This document shows positions 26,517-38,212 of a DNA stretch of 64,000 bases, piece by piece. Every line of letters begins with the position of its first letter. The stretch's first letter is position 1. This stretch comes from Candidatus Harrisonbacteria bacterium. Lineage in GTDB: Bacteria; Patescibacteriota; Minisyncoccia; UBA6257; 1-14-0-10-44-23. Under the pieces are notes generated by a model, which was given only the letters and a program-made list of their open reading frames with translations, had not been told where the DNA came from and ran no database searches. Location of the stretch: positions 290,965 through 354,964 of the forward strand of contig JAHFLF010000001.1 in NCBI GenBank assembly GCA_023255625.1. Direction: 5' to 3'. A program made the translations under genes and the position numbers.

Positions 26517-26888
26517 ATGAATCATGAACGAGGTGAGTCGGTTCAGTTTGTCGTCAAAGAAATAACCGACCTAGATGCGGAAAGCGTGCGCGAAGAATTC
26601 AGAGTGAAAGGTGTTGACCTAGGGGTTGAAGCAATAATGCAAGCAGTCGAAATTGACAAATTTATTAGCAAGATGAGGGAGGGCCAAGGGGGGCGTAAAT
26701 ATCTCGTTGCCTGGGTGGGCGAAAGATCGCCACGAGGCCTCACAGTTGAGGGCAAAACCATAGGTTGGACGCAACACGGCACGATCAGAAGTGTAGATAA
26801 TGAAGAGATTGGAACGTATGATAGACTCATTGACGAACGGAGTCCCAATGGACACAAAGAAGCTATGGTAATCTACATGAACGAGTAA
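26517..26888 (+). CDS. hypothetical protein (123 aa)
   Basis: ORF followed by a clean terminator. No motif recognised. Confidence 0.5.
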   Translation: MNHERGESVQFVVKEITDLDAESVREEFRVKGVDLGVEAIMQAVEIDKFISKMREGQGGRKYLVAWVGERSPRGLTVEGKTIGWTQHGTIRSVDNEEIGTYDRLIDERSPNGHKEAMVIYMNE

Positions 26889-26902
26889 GCGCAACACACA
26901 AA

Positions 26903-26932
26903 AACCGCCGAAAGGCGGTTTTTGGTTGAAAT
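26903..26932 (+). terminator. rho-independent terminator AAAACCGCC-GAAA-GGCGGTTTTTGG
   Basis: Perfect stem with GAAA loop and T-tract. Confidence 0.65.
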
Positions 26933-27275
26933 GACAATAAATGATTGGAATAAGTGAGAAGCGCAGATTTTGATGCAGTTCTAGGCGCGGGAGGGCGGTT
27001 TGTGAGCCGTACTTTTATATAAGTACGGTGAGCAAACCGACGGGACCCGCAACAACGAACTGCTCAAAATATGCATTTCTCACACACAATAACTCTGTAG
27101 TTGCCCCAAATTACGATTCCGGTTCTTGCGATTCCTCCGAAGGAGGATCCGCCTATGGCGGAAAAGTGTCGTGACTTAGAGCTCCACGACCAACACTCTT
27201 TTTCTATCAATCCAGTATATAAATATACTGAAGTGTCGCTTTTTCCTAATCTCCATTTACAGAGAAAGAAAAAAG

Positions 27276-29180
<1,905 letters not shown>

Positions 29181-29630
29181 TAATAAGTAATTTGAAATTC
29201 ATCTAGCCGAAGCCAGATGAATAACAAACACTCTTGTTTTGGGACAACTACACAATTATTGTTGCATACTTTATATCTGCTTGAAGGATATAAAGATTTT
29301 GATTTCCTAATCATTCATTTATCTTTATAGTTTTTAGTATCTTTCGATACAAACATTTTCAAAGAACGAAAGGTATACTCAATTCACTTTTTGAAGTGAA
29401 AATAATACACCCGTCTCGGCGACCTATCGTATGATCTGCAATACGACGACGAGACGGATGCGCTGGTCTGATATATGTTTTTCCGCCAGAGGCGGATCCG
29501 CCTTCGGCGGACAATTTGTACGAATTTCGCGGGATGTTTCGCTGGTTCGTTTGTACTGCCTTAAGCCAGTACTAATGTGGCTTCTAGTATAGTCGACCGA
29601 ATAATAAAGTCAAGACCTTATTAACGAAGC

Positions 29631-29667
29631 CGGGTTTGCCGCGCAGCTGCGCGGCAAACCCGGGCCA
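29631..29667. terminator. perfect hairpin GCCGGGTTTGCCGCGCAGC-TGCGCGGCAAACCCGGGC
   Basis: 18-bp perfect palindromic stem between the 16S leader and doxX. Confidence 0.5.
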
Positions 29668-29700
29668 AAAATCACCAAATAATTCTTCGGTTACTTTAGA

Positions 29701-30093
29701 TTACATCGAGCGCGGCCGATCAATCGAGTGCTTGCCGCCGCCGGTGCAAAACAAACTAAAACAGACAGCAAGCATGACTAATGGGAGCGTCGCCATCTGA
29801 AATCCCTGCTGAAGCGAAAGCAAAGTCGCGACCAGCATGATGATACCGAGCAACTTAGCCGCGACCCGAGTCCAAAGCCCGGCGATGAGCGCGATGCCGC
29901 CGACTAATTCAATAATCGCCACCAGATAGGCAAAAAAGTTTGCCGCCGGAATGCCGGCCTGGCCGAAAAATCCAATCGTCGCCTGCATGTCCTGAAACTT
30001 CGTCCAACCGCTGTAGACAAAAATAATACCGGCTACCACCCGCAAGACAACCGGTGCCCAACTTGACCACCGCTGACCCCAATGCTCCGCCAT
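29701..30093 (-). CDS. DoxX-family membrane protein
   Basis: Four TM helices. The WAPVVLRVVAGIIFVYSGWTKF pattern is typical of DoxX. Confidence 0.55.
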   Translation of the reverse strand: MAEHWGQRWSSWAPVVLRVVAGIIFVYSGWTKFQDMQATIGFFGQAGIPAANFFAYLVAIIELVGGIALIAGLWTRVAAKLLGIIMLVATLLSLQQGFQMATLPLVMLAVCFSLFCTGGGKHSIDRPRSM

Positions 30094-30265
30094 TCTGTGC
30101 AACATAAATTTTTAATTTTGAAATTAAATATAATGAATACTAGGAATAAGTATACCTGAAATACAAAAGTTAAAAACTTGACTGCTCCAATATTTATAGT
30201 ATGATGTTAATCAACATCGCGCATCCCGTGTAAGGGTGCAAGATGAGCCCGGAGGGAATCGGATC

Positions 30266-30463
30266 ATGGCCTTCCAAGATTATCCGCATGCGGGAAGGGT
30301 GTTCAAGTGTCCACCAGATGTCGGAGAAGAAGCAGCGCAGGCCGCCAAGGACTTCTTCAAGGCAGCGGAGAGAGGGTTCAGTTGTCGGGTTACCCCAGCG
30401 GTGGGGAACCCGCTCAACAACGCTCAACACGAAGGCGACCACGAAGGCGTTCTCACCGACTGA
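30266..30463 (+). CDS. 65-aa acidic small protein in a GC-rich mini-cassette
   Basis: GGAGGGAATCGGATC before the ATG. Followed by hairpin CACCCTCGTCACC...GACGAGGGTGACG and TTTTT. Confidence 0.45.
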   Translation: MAFQDYPHAGRVFKCPPDVGEEAAQAAKDFFKAAERGFSCRVTPAVGNPLNNAQHEGDHEGVLTD

Positions 30464-30641
30464 TCTCCGCACCGCGTCTCACCCTCGTCACCCTTGCCCG
30501 GCGACGAGGGTGACGAATTTTTAAAAGGATTGACCTTATCAAAAAAATCCGTATACTATCCGTATCAATAAGTAGCTAGCCACCCCAGAGAGATAGGCGC
30601 AGTAACGCCATCTCACGGGGTGAAAATTTAGTAAAATTTTC

Positions 30642-30899
30642 ATGAAACCCGACCTCCACCCGACATACTTCGCAAGCGCCATCGCCACCTGCGGCTGCAG
30701 CAAAAAATACACACTCGGCTCAACCGTAGAGAATATTGAAGTTGAAATCTGCGGTAACTGTCACCCGTTCTACACCGGCAAAGAAAAATTGATTGACACC
30801 GCTGGTAAGGTTGAGAAGTTTAAGCAGCGCCGCACCAAAGCCGAGACAGCTCCTGTCAAAGTCAAAAAAGTCCGCGTAGCCAAAAACAAAAAAGCGTAG
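30642..30899 (+). CDS. rpmE: 50S ribosomal protein L31
   Basis: MKPDLHP...CGC...ICGNCHPFYTGKEK matches the L31 zinc-ribbon pattern. Confidence 0.8.
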   Translation: MKPDLHPTYFASAIATCGCSKKYTLGSTVENIEVEICGNCHPFYTGKEKLIDTAGKVEKFKQRRTKAETAPVKVKKVRVAKNKKA

Positions 30900-30960
30900 A
30901 GCTACGAATAACGAATCAATCCGCCGGCTGGCGGAACGAAAGTACGAATAATTTTATAAA

Positions 30961-30986
30961 ACCGCCCTAAAGGGCGGTTTTGTGTT
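30961..30986 (+). terminator. terminator AAACCGCCC-TAAA-GGGCGGTTTTGTG
   Basis: Stem-loop and T-tract after rpmE. Confidence 0.6.
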
Positions 30987-31021
30987 GCTCAAAGCACGAA
31001 AAATCAGTAAGATGAGCATAT

Positions 31022-33331
31022 GTGTCATTTGAAAGACCATCGGAAAAGCCGCAGAGCGCCGAAAGAAGCGAAGGTGCAATTGAAAGGACGCGGCTTTTAG
31101 CGCAGCTGCAAGAGTTAAAAGCTCAACTACTAGCAAACGGAGGTCCTGCCCTAGTGGCCAAAGCCGCCGCTTTCATGGCTGGAGAAGTGACTGCGGCAAA
31201 ATTCTGCCGACGAAGCGAATTACTGCCTCAAGAAGAAGAGCTCCGTAGCACAGCAATTAATGCGCTCGTGCGAGAAGACATTATTAGCGGAGATCAAAAC
31301 CCTGATACCGGCGAGTTCGTGTTCGTCATTGACCCAACAAAAATCAATGGTATCAGCCGCGATAAGTTGCTGAAATACGTTGGTGGGATCGGATATGATG
31401 GCTCCGGCAATCAACTGAAAAAATCCGAAATAATTGCACGCATATTCCGCGACATCCAATCAATCACTCCGGGGCAGCAGGAAGAAGGAGACCTCAATCC
31501 CAAACCATTCCTATATATTCCAAAAAACGCAAAGGACGCGCTTGACCCGGCCAAAATCAAAAAAGCAGAATTTCAAACGACGCTCTGGGACATTGCCGGA
31601 AATAAAGAAGATGGTAATGAGGAATACCCTGTTGCCGATGGTCCGGGGGCCAATGCGCTTGAGACTCGTCTCGCGACGATTATCTTCCATCCGTCATACG
31701 GTGATGGATATCGCGATAAAAGCGGCGTTCTTCTGGTTCGTGATCCGGCCACGCGTGAGTACAAAAAATTCTCTACCGGCACCTTGAGTGACTACAATAT
31801 CAGCGGAACTCGACTTAGTGTTCGCGGCGGCAAGGTTGTACGCAGCAGTCGCCAAGGCCTTGCAGAGATGGCTCCCAGTCTCATCCGGAACGGCGCTCTG
31901 CGTAAAGAAGATTTAATGGCTATTAGAGGTACAAAAACCGGCGTCTATGACAGACGCCCCTCAAAACGAGGTATTAAAAAGTTAGTCATGTTTAACGGGG
32001 TGCGACACTATGTCGGCCCGCATGCCGAGGGTGCGGCGGCCGTACTATTAAGCCCGACAACCGCCGGCATTATAGAAAAAGATGCCTCCGGCAAAGAAAT
32101 GCTGACGCGAGTCTTCAATGCCTTTGATTCAAGCCAATTTGAATTGAAACAAAAGGAAAAGTTCCATGATTCAGGAGTTGATGAAACAAAACCCCGCCCG
32201 TTTGACCTTGCAGAATTTAGCGGCCCTAAAAAAGATGGCGAGTCAGAAGAGCTGTATGCAAATCGCCGCGCAGTCGTAGACTATGTTGAATTCATGAAAA
32301 TAAAAGATGATCTTGCGAAAATAGGTATTCCGGTTGATTCCGGCAATATTGAAACCGAAACCAACCTTGCCCGCGCTGTGCGTATCCTGTCGCAGACAAA
32401 TCGCTATGAAATATTTCTTGCCTTTGCAAAGAAAACGGGCGAATCCGGTATAGCTGCCATCATAACCGCCGGAGATGACGCTCCGTATGTTGAAGCAATC
32501 CTGAAAATTGGCGAGAAATTATCGGCCGATAAGGCACGCGAATTTTTTGAAGAAACCGACCAAGAGAAAATCTTAGAATCTCTTCATGAAAACTCCGGCG
32601 ACAAAACAATCGTAGCACTTCGAGAAAACATTAGGCGTACAAACAGAGAGCTATTCATCCGTTGTGCGGCGAGCGAAACAGCGATCAAAAACCCGCGCGA
32701 AACTAAAAAGATACTCGACCGCGCGAAAGCGGAGATTCGGCTGTTTGAAAATATGCTCCGAATCATTGAAGAAACTGAACAGCTACCGTCAGAATATCTC
32801 CGCGGAACTGAAATGGCGATTACTGAAACCGGCGAACTCTCCGACCTGGATCTTGCGAACATGCTTAAGCAATTTGAGGAGACTCGGAAAAATGACCTGG
32901 ATGAAAAGGGGAAGCCGATTTACGATGCTGAACATCTTGAGGGCCTCGTACAAGATTTCAAACAAAAACTAGAAAATCCCAAAGCGCGATTTTATACTGT
33001 TCGCCAAGGTGGCGCCATCATTGCCTTTGTTCGCTTTGAAGACCTACCGAACGATCATGTCTACGCCGGATCATTCACGACAAGCAAAGATTTGCGCGGC
33101 GAAAAGCTCGGCTCCGCGCTCATGCGAACTGCGTTTGCACAAGAAAACGCCGACAGAACCCTAGAGGCAATTGTTTTTTCCGGAAATCCACGGCTGATGG
33201 AATACCATACTCAAAAGCTCGGCCACGAAATCCATTATGACCAGCCACTCAAAATCGGCGGTGCGTTGTATTACCGGATGACTCGCGAGCCGCGCAAGCA
33301 AGCTACGGTTTCGCTTGGGGCGGCCGCATAG
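31022..33331 (+). CDS. large hypothetical protein (769 aa) with a C-terminal GNAT-like acetyltransferase fold
   Basis: The C-terminal IIAFVRFEDL...RGEKLGSALMRTAF resembles GNAT motif A. About 650 N-terminal residues are unrecognised. Start uncertain (GTG at 31022). Confidence 0.5.
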   Translation: MSFERPSEKPQSAERSEGAIERTRLLAQLQELKAQLLANGGPALVAKAAAFMAGEVTAAKFCRRSELLPQEEELRSTAINALVREDIISGDQNPDTGEFVFVIDPTKINGISRDKLLKYVGGIGYDGSGNQLKKSEIIARIFRDIQSITPGQQEEGDLNPKPFLYIPKNAKDALDPAKIKKAEFQTTLWDIAGNKEDGNEEYPVADGPGANALETRLATIIFHPSYGDGYRDKSGVLLVRDPATREYKKFSTGTLSDYNISGTRLSVRGGKVVRSSRQGLAEMAPSLIRNGALRKEDLMAIRGTKTGVYDRRPSKRGIKKLVMFNGVRHYVGPHAEGAAAVLLSPTTAGIIEKDASGKEMLTRVFNAFDSSQFELKQKEKFHDSGVDETKPRPFDLAEFSGPKKDGESEELYANRRAVVDYVEFMKIKDDLAKIGIPVDSGNIETETNLARAVRILSQTNRYEIFLAFAKKTGESGIAAIITAGDDAPYVEAILKIGEKLSADKAREFFEETDQEKILESLHENSGDKTIVALRENIRRTNRELFIRCAASETAIKNPRETKKILDRAKAEIRLFENMLRIIEETEQLPSEYLRGTEMAITETGELSDLDLANMLKQFEETRKNDLDEKGKPIYDAEHLEGLVQDFKQKLENPKARFYTVRQGGAIIAFVRFEDLPNDHVYAGSFTTSKDLRGEKLGSALMRTAFAQENADRTLEAIVFSGNPRLMEYHTQKLGHEIHYDQPLKIGGALYYRMTREPRKQATVSLGAAA

Positions 33332-34100
33332 ACAAATCAGCAGCCACAAACGGTTGCGCCTTTTCCCATTGCGCCTCAAACAGTGTTCGGTGCATCTGGC
33401 TAATGTATGGATCATCAATAATCACGCCGATGCGGCCGCGCTCATTAAAGCTCAAAAAACTCACTTTATTTTCATAAATTTGTACGATACTGCTAAACGG
33501 AACTTGCGGCGGCGGAATGAGGCGGATAGAGACAATCTGTTTGCTTAATTTTTCTTGGAGCGAACGAATATATTTTGTGTCCGGGCCGATAATCCGTTTG
33601 TGGATGCCGCGTTTTACGCGCTCATTAATATACCGCGCATTTTCTGCCGGTAGATACTTGTCCATAACCTCGTGATCAAGATAGGTTAAGACCTCCCCAC
33701 CTGAAACAAGCGTATCATCAGCCAAAATCCTGATTGCGCTATCGCCCTCGTAATACTGCACACCCGGCTTACCGGAAATCAAATTAAAATCTGATGTTAA
33801 GTTGGCGATAATGCCGCCGAGCGCCTCTTGCGCGACTTTGGCCGATTGCTCTTTCTGCTCCGCAAGCTCTTTCAGCCGAAGCGGATGCGTCGGCTCAAAG
33901 CGCAATACTTTTGCCTTTGTATTTTTTGCGACTAACCCGAGCGCAACGAGCTCATCGAGCACCTTGTAAGTGAGCCCGCGCTTGAGTCCTGATTTTTCGC
34001 TGATTTCACCAGCGGCAAGCGCGCCGTGCTTAAGCAACACCTCGTAAATTTTGGCCTGATCAGCGCTCAATCCGGCTTTAGATAAAGTTTGTTCGTACAT
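33303..34100 (-). CDS. TrmB-family transcriptional regulator (paralog 3)
   Basis: wHTH (QAKIYEVLLKHGALAAGEISEKSGLKRGLTYKVLDEL) and TrmB C-domain. Confidence 0.6.
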   Translation of the reverse strand: MYEQTLSKAGLSADQAKIYEVLLKHGALAAGEISEKSGLKRGLTYKVLDELVALGLVAKNTKAKVLRFEPTHPLRLKELAEQKEQSAKVAQEALGGIIANLTSDFNLISGKPGVQYYEGDSAIRILADDTLVSGGEVLTYLDHEVMDKYLPAENARYINERVKRGIHKRIIGPDTKYIRSLQEKLSKQIVSIRLIPPPQVPFSSIVQIYENKVSFLSFNERGRIGVIIDDPYISQMHRTLFEAQWEKAQPFVAADLSMRPPQAKP

Positions 34101-34113
34101 CGGGCAGTAGAAA

Positions 34114-34386
34114 TTATTTTTGAATGCTTTTTAAAAATTCCATCGTAGCATTCACGGCGGCGTTATCGGTTGGCAGCAATACTAAGCGCTCGCCAAGCTG
34201 TTTATATAATGGCGTGAAAAATTCATCCGCCCATGATGGGGTAAATGTAAAAATTCCGCTAAAATCTATTTCAAGAATCTCTGTTTCCGCTACATTTCGC
34301 AGGTCGGCCTGAAAGGCCTTAAAGGCTTCGCTACCGGATTGGCGCGAGATTAGTGTCGTTCCAAATTTTTTTAGTTCAATACGCAT
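34114..34386 (-). CDS. small STAS-like (DUF4325-type) protein
   Basis: 90 aa. The MRIELKKFG...EILEIDFSGI pattern is typical of STAS-like partners of GHKL ATPases. Confidence 0.4.
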   Translation of the reverse strand: MRIELKKFGTTLISRQSGSEAFKAFQADLRNVAETEILEIDFSGIFTFTPSWADEFFTPLYKQLGERLVLLPTDNAAVNATMEFLKSIQK

Positions 34387-34411
34387 AGAAATTGTTATTG
34401 TTTATCATAAA

Positions 34412-35131
34412 CTAATACATAATTACTGCAAAACACCCTCTGATAGTTTCTGCGCCTCGTGTGAATCGTAGCTCTCCCTTTTCTGTGTCTACGCGCACTT
34501 CGGCATCGCCATTCTTGAAATAGAGATTAATTTTATTTTCCAAAATAACTTTGCGGACAAATTTTAATCCGTTGCCGCGCGCCTCCGGCGCGCGCCCGGA
34601 AACGACTTCTGTAAATGCGACCTGCACGGCCTCCAGATGGCTGGCCAGTTGCGGCCGCACTTGGCGCAGTGTAGCGAGAATCCCCACGCCTCGGTCCGCC
34701 AAAACAATTCGTCTTTTGGCAAGATCATATCCGAAAAAAATGCCGGCAGTATCAGGCCATTTACCCAGGTTATGCGCAAACGAATTGTCGCCAATCTCAC
34801 TCGCGGCTGCTGTTATGAGAAATCCCAACTTTTCCAGGCCATCTGTAGCAGCGAGAAAAGTTTCCAGCTTGCTGATTCTTCCTTGGAACACGGAGCTATT
34901 GGCGCAATAAAACTGACTAGAAAGGTCACCGCCGTCTTTTGCCCATTCATAAGCAGTTTTCTGTATATCGCCGGCGAAAAGGTTCAGATCCGCCTGGTGA
35001 TAATAACGATGAGTGCCTCCTTCTTTGCGGATAGCTAACAGTTTTCCGGATTTGTCCCACCGGCGCAAAGTATCAATAGACACGCCTAAAAATTCCGCCG
35101 CTTCAGCAATATTTAGTAAGTTTTCTTCCAT
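34412..35131 (-). CDS. MerR-type HTH fused to a GHKL (histidine-kinase-like) ATPase domain
   Basis: N-terminal LLNIAEAAEFLGVSIDTLRRWDKSGKL (MerR/excisionase HTH). C-terminal EIGDNSFAHN (N-box) and LADRGVGI (G1-box). ATG at 35131. Confidence 0.55.
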   Translation of the reverse strand: MEENLLNIAEAAEFLGVSIDTLRRWDKSGKLLAIRKEGGTHRYYHQADLNLFAGDIQKTAYEWAKDGGDLSSQFYCANSSVFQGRISKLETFLAATDGLEKLGFLITAAASEIGDNSFAHNLGKWPDTAGIFFGYDLAKRRIVLADRGVGILATLRQVRPQLASHLEAVQVAFTEVVSGRAPEARGNGLKFVRKVILENKINLYFKNGDAEVRVDTEKGELRFTRGAETIRGCFAVIMY

Positions 35132-35213
35132 ACCTACAAAGCATAGCATCTTAGAATAAACTATGCAAATAATTAGCAAAACTATGCAAAGTATATAAAA
35201 CTATGCATTTAAA

Positions 35214-35259
35214 ATACTCCCTTTCATAAAGGGAGTACGGCAGGGCCGGGAGGGATTTT
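35214..35259. repeat. REP/MITE-like element copy (CTCCCTTTCATAAAGGGAGTA-CGGCAGGGCCGGG-AGGGATTTT)
   Basis: Same family as 16985-17100. Confidence 0.7.
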
Positions 35260-35913
35260 GATTGATTAATTTTATCAATATTTTCACAGAAATATGACAT
35301 TTTGGGGCATATCTAGGAAGTCCTAAAAAGCTAGTATTCATAAGGATTTTAGCCCATTTTAGGATTATATTTTGCCACATGTACTTGACAGATTTGTCAA
35401 ATGGTGCTATAGTGTCTTTGTAAGATGACAAATGGAAGGAGAGCGGCGCTAGGCCGGATCCGCGCCAAATGAAGTCTTACAAAGCCGCAGCACCAGAGAT
35501 TGCACGGCAATCACGGTGCAGGGCAGGCATTTGAAATAGAAAGCGTTAGTCGAATATCGCTAGATGTATGGTTTCCACCCCTGATCCGGACACTCAACGG
35601 ACGGTATCTGCGCCGGTAAGGCAGAAAAGAGGAGGGAGTGGTCACTGAAAAGCAAACATCTAATTGTATTCTGTTGCCCTTAGCGACCTGGGAAGTCGAG
35701 CTGGAGAGCTCGACCGAAGGGTAAATAGGCAACACAACGGCTACATATCACTTAATTCATAGAGGAGAGAGTGATAAGGAGATCCGCTGGACACAAGAAC
35801 CTAAACCCGTCTTGCGTCCAGAAATCTCTTTTTGGCGTAGAGCCAGATCGAGCGAACCTTGAAAACTAAACCCAGCACTAACTTTTGCCTAACCCAGCAC
35901 TAACTTAAATAAG

Positions 35914-36168
35914 TTAATGCTGGGTCAAGCTTTGCCGCAAACGGAGTTTTAACTTCGCCAGCGCCCAGCCATGGTACTTAAGTTGCTTCTCGCGCTCTCG
36001 AGCGTCAGCTTCAACGCGATAGGCCTCGTAGTATATCAGTTCCCACTTATGCCCTCGCGTAGAAAAAACCTTGCCGTTGTTATGTGCGGCAAAGCGAACT
36101 CGCAAATCGTTTGTACTTCCAGTGTACAACTCATTGAGTTCATTACGAATTACATAAACATAATGCAT
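35914..36168 (-). CDS. GIY-YIG nuclease superfamily protein (YhbQ-like), second copy
   Basis: MHYVYVIRNELNELYTGSTNDLRVRFAAHN carries the GIY-YIG motif. Flanked by inverted ACCCAGCACTAACTT copies. Confidence 0.65.
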   Translation of the reverse strand: MHYVYVIRNELNELYTGSTNDLRVRFAAHNNGKVFSTRGHKWELIYYEAYRVEADAREREKQLKYHGWALAKLKLRLRQSLTQH

Positions 36169-36300
36169 GCAGTGATTCTATCACTGCATGCAGGCAAAAG
36201 TTAGTGCTGGGTAAATAGAAACGAATTGTGAGTAGGCGATACTCGGGGATTATATACCGGAGTGCCTATCAGCAACGTTCGCGGATTCCTGTGATTGAAT

Positions 36301-36447
36301 GATTCTCCCTTTCCTAAAGGGAGTACTCCGACGTTACGTCGGAGGGAGGGATTTAAGTCCTCCAAAAAACCAATTGATTCGCAGACCCGGCTTTTCTTAT
36401 TCTCCCTTTCCTAAAGGGAGTACCGCCACTAGGCGGGGAGGGATTTT
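36301..36447. repeat. two tandem REP/MITE-like elements (36301-36355 and 36396-36447) at the left border of the largest GC-rich island
   Basis: GATTCTCCCTTTCCTAAAGGGAGTA-CTCCGACGTTACGTCGGAG-GGAGGGATTT and CTTATTCTCCCTTTCCTAAAGGGAGTA-CCGCCACTAGGCGG-GGAGGGATTTT. The central hairpins differ but keep their pairing. Confidence 0.8.
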
Positions 36448-36594
36448 CTCTCTTCTGCAAAAGCCGGATAAGCGAGTCCGTTGATCGCGCACAAGGTGTG
36501 CGCGGAAGCGAACTCAACTCGTGCATCTTAATGGTAGAGATGCAGCAGAGTAGGATTTTCCCCCTAGGCGAAAAGGGGAAAGGAGAAATATACC

Positions 36595-37326
36595 ATGCGT
36601 CGTAATCCAGAAAGTTGCGTTGCGCGCGCCCTGCGCGCGCAGGGCGACCTCGCGAAGCGCGAGGCGGCCCAGAAGGCCGCGGCGGCTCGTGCCGCCGCGG
36701 AAGCTCGGCGGAGCGCCCTGCTCCGCGAGCACTCCGTCCTCGCCAGTTGGCGGGGCGGGTTCGAGGAGGCGGCACGCCGCTTCCTCCTGTGCGCCGCCAA
36801 AGGCGGCGCATTCCACGCGGACGCCGCCGCCTGGCTCGCCGGTCTCTCCGAGGGAGTGGTGGTCTCGGGCTGGGATGTCCAGCGCGCTGCCACTTTGATG
36901 GTGGCCGAGACCGAGGCGCTGGAAGCCGTCGGTAGCATCCGCCGCGTGCCGCGTACGCCGGCAGAGCTCGATGCTCTGCTGACCGCGGCTTGGCCGGTCG
37001 CGGTCGCCCGGGACGGGCGGACCGAAGGATACAACGGCCCGGCCAACGGTTTCGACCGTTGGAACGGGCAGTTGACGCCGCCCGAGGGGAAATCCTACCT
37101 CGGTGGCGAGGTCGCCGACGCCGGCTTCGTCTGGAACGCGGGTGGGCGTTCCACCCCCGGACTCCGTCCGCTCGCGGACGGTCGGTGGGAAGTGTTGGTC
37201 GCCGTCCCGCGGTGGTACCTGGAGGGGGACTCGACGGCGCTCAACGCCGTCGGGGGCTACTGCTCCATGGGCGCGCCGCTCCCGCGGTCCCAGTGGGACT
37301 GGCGCTGCGAGCCCCTGCGCTCGTAG
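36595..37326 (+). CDS. hypothetical Ala/Arg-rich protein (243 aa), island gene 1
   Basis: AAAGGAGAAATATACC before the ATG. Overlapping alternative-frame ORFs are probably GC artefacts. Confidence 0.5.
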   Translation: MRRNPESCVARALRAQGDLAKREAAQKAAAARAAAEARRSALLREHSVLASWRGGFEEAARRFLLCAAKGGAFHADAAAWLAGLSEGVVVSGWDVQRAATLMVAETEALEAVGSIRRVPRTPAELDALLTAAWPVAVARDGRTEGYNGPANGFDRWNGQLTPPEGKSYLGGEVADAGFVWNAGGRSTPGLRPLADGRWEVLVAVPRWYLEGDSTALNAVGGYCSMGAPLPRSQWDWRCEPLRS

Positions 37327-37723
37327 TCGCCACCCCTCACCCGTTTTGAAGCAACGGGAACGATGAGGTAACGCTTCAAGAGAGGAGGTGAGTCGTAAGG
37401 GGTCTTTTCATCCTGGTTTTCGCCATCAAGCAAAACCAAGGAGTTTTCGGGAATCAGTCCCGACGAGTATCAGCTTCTGAGCGGCTGATACTTTAGAATG
37501 GTTAGCTCTTCGCGCTGGTGGGGGAGGTCAGACTCGTTCTGATCTCTCCCCACCGCAAATTTTATGAATTCGTATCAGGATTTTTCTGGATTCCCGCTTT
37601 CGCGGGAATGACAGACAGAAAATTGATATGAGTTCGTAAGGTACGGGCTCAAGAATCACTACCACGCGTTGCTGTCATGGGCAGCGCGTTGGTTTCGCCC
37701 TGACGGGCAATTGGAGGTTTACC

Positions 37724-38212
37724 ATGACCGAGCCGACATACACAGGGGAAGCGATGAGCTTTCGGAAGCGGCTGCCGGAGCCGCTGGCTGGGTTGGTCCG
37801 AGACCTCTCGGACCAACGGACACGGTTCGCCGCGTTCCAGTTCTCCGGGTGGCTGATCGGCGCCTTGGAGGCGGTGTCCCCCCGGAAGTTGGTTCCGGGG
37901 CCGGAGTACATCAAGGACGAAAAGGTCAACGCCAGGCGGGAGCTGGCGTTGTCGGCGGCACGGAGTGCACACGAACTTCTCGAGTGGTACCAAGACATGG
38001 GCTGCAGGGGGCGCCTGTGGGTATCTCGTCTTCTCCCCACGCGCGCCGAGTATGGGAACATCTCTGCCTCCCTGAGGGACGGCATGGAATTCCTCCGTCA
38101 GGAGGATGTCGTCGTTGCGCTCAATCGCGCGATGGAAGAGGCGAAGAATGCCTCGGATCAGGAGGTTGACCTCCCTGCGCGCAAGAAGGAGAGATTCGCT
38201 CGGCCGAGCTGA
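37724..38212 (+). CDS. hypothetical protein (162 aa), island gene 2
   Basis: TGGAGGTTTACC before the ATG. Confidence 0.5.
   Translation: MTEPTYTGEAMSFRKRLPEPLAGLVRDLSDQRTRFAAFQFSGWLIGALEAVSPRKLVPGPEYIKDEKVNARRELALSAARSAHELLEWYQDMGCRGRLWVSRLLPTRAEYGNISASLRDGMEFLRQEDVVVALNRAMEEAKNASDQEVDLPARKKERFARPS

Noticed and set aside
35680-35760. Possible RNase P RNA, from GGAAGTCGAGCTGG resembling CR-I and ACAACGGCTACATATC resembling CR-IV.
   Set aside because: The two blocks are only about 50 nt apart. Bacterial RNase P RNA needs about 250 nt of P5-P18 between them, and other conserved regions were not found.
36353-37046. Minus-strand and off-frame ORFs across 36353-37046 (for example 36353..36811 and 36564..37046) and the many overlapping ORFs at 37649-39770.
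   Set aside because: Same GC artefact. Arg/Pro/Ala-rich translations with no SD. One plus-strand ORF with an SD was retained at each position.
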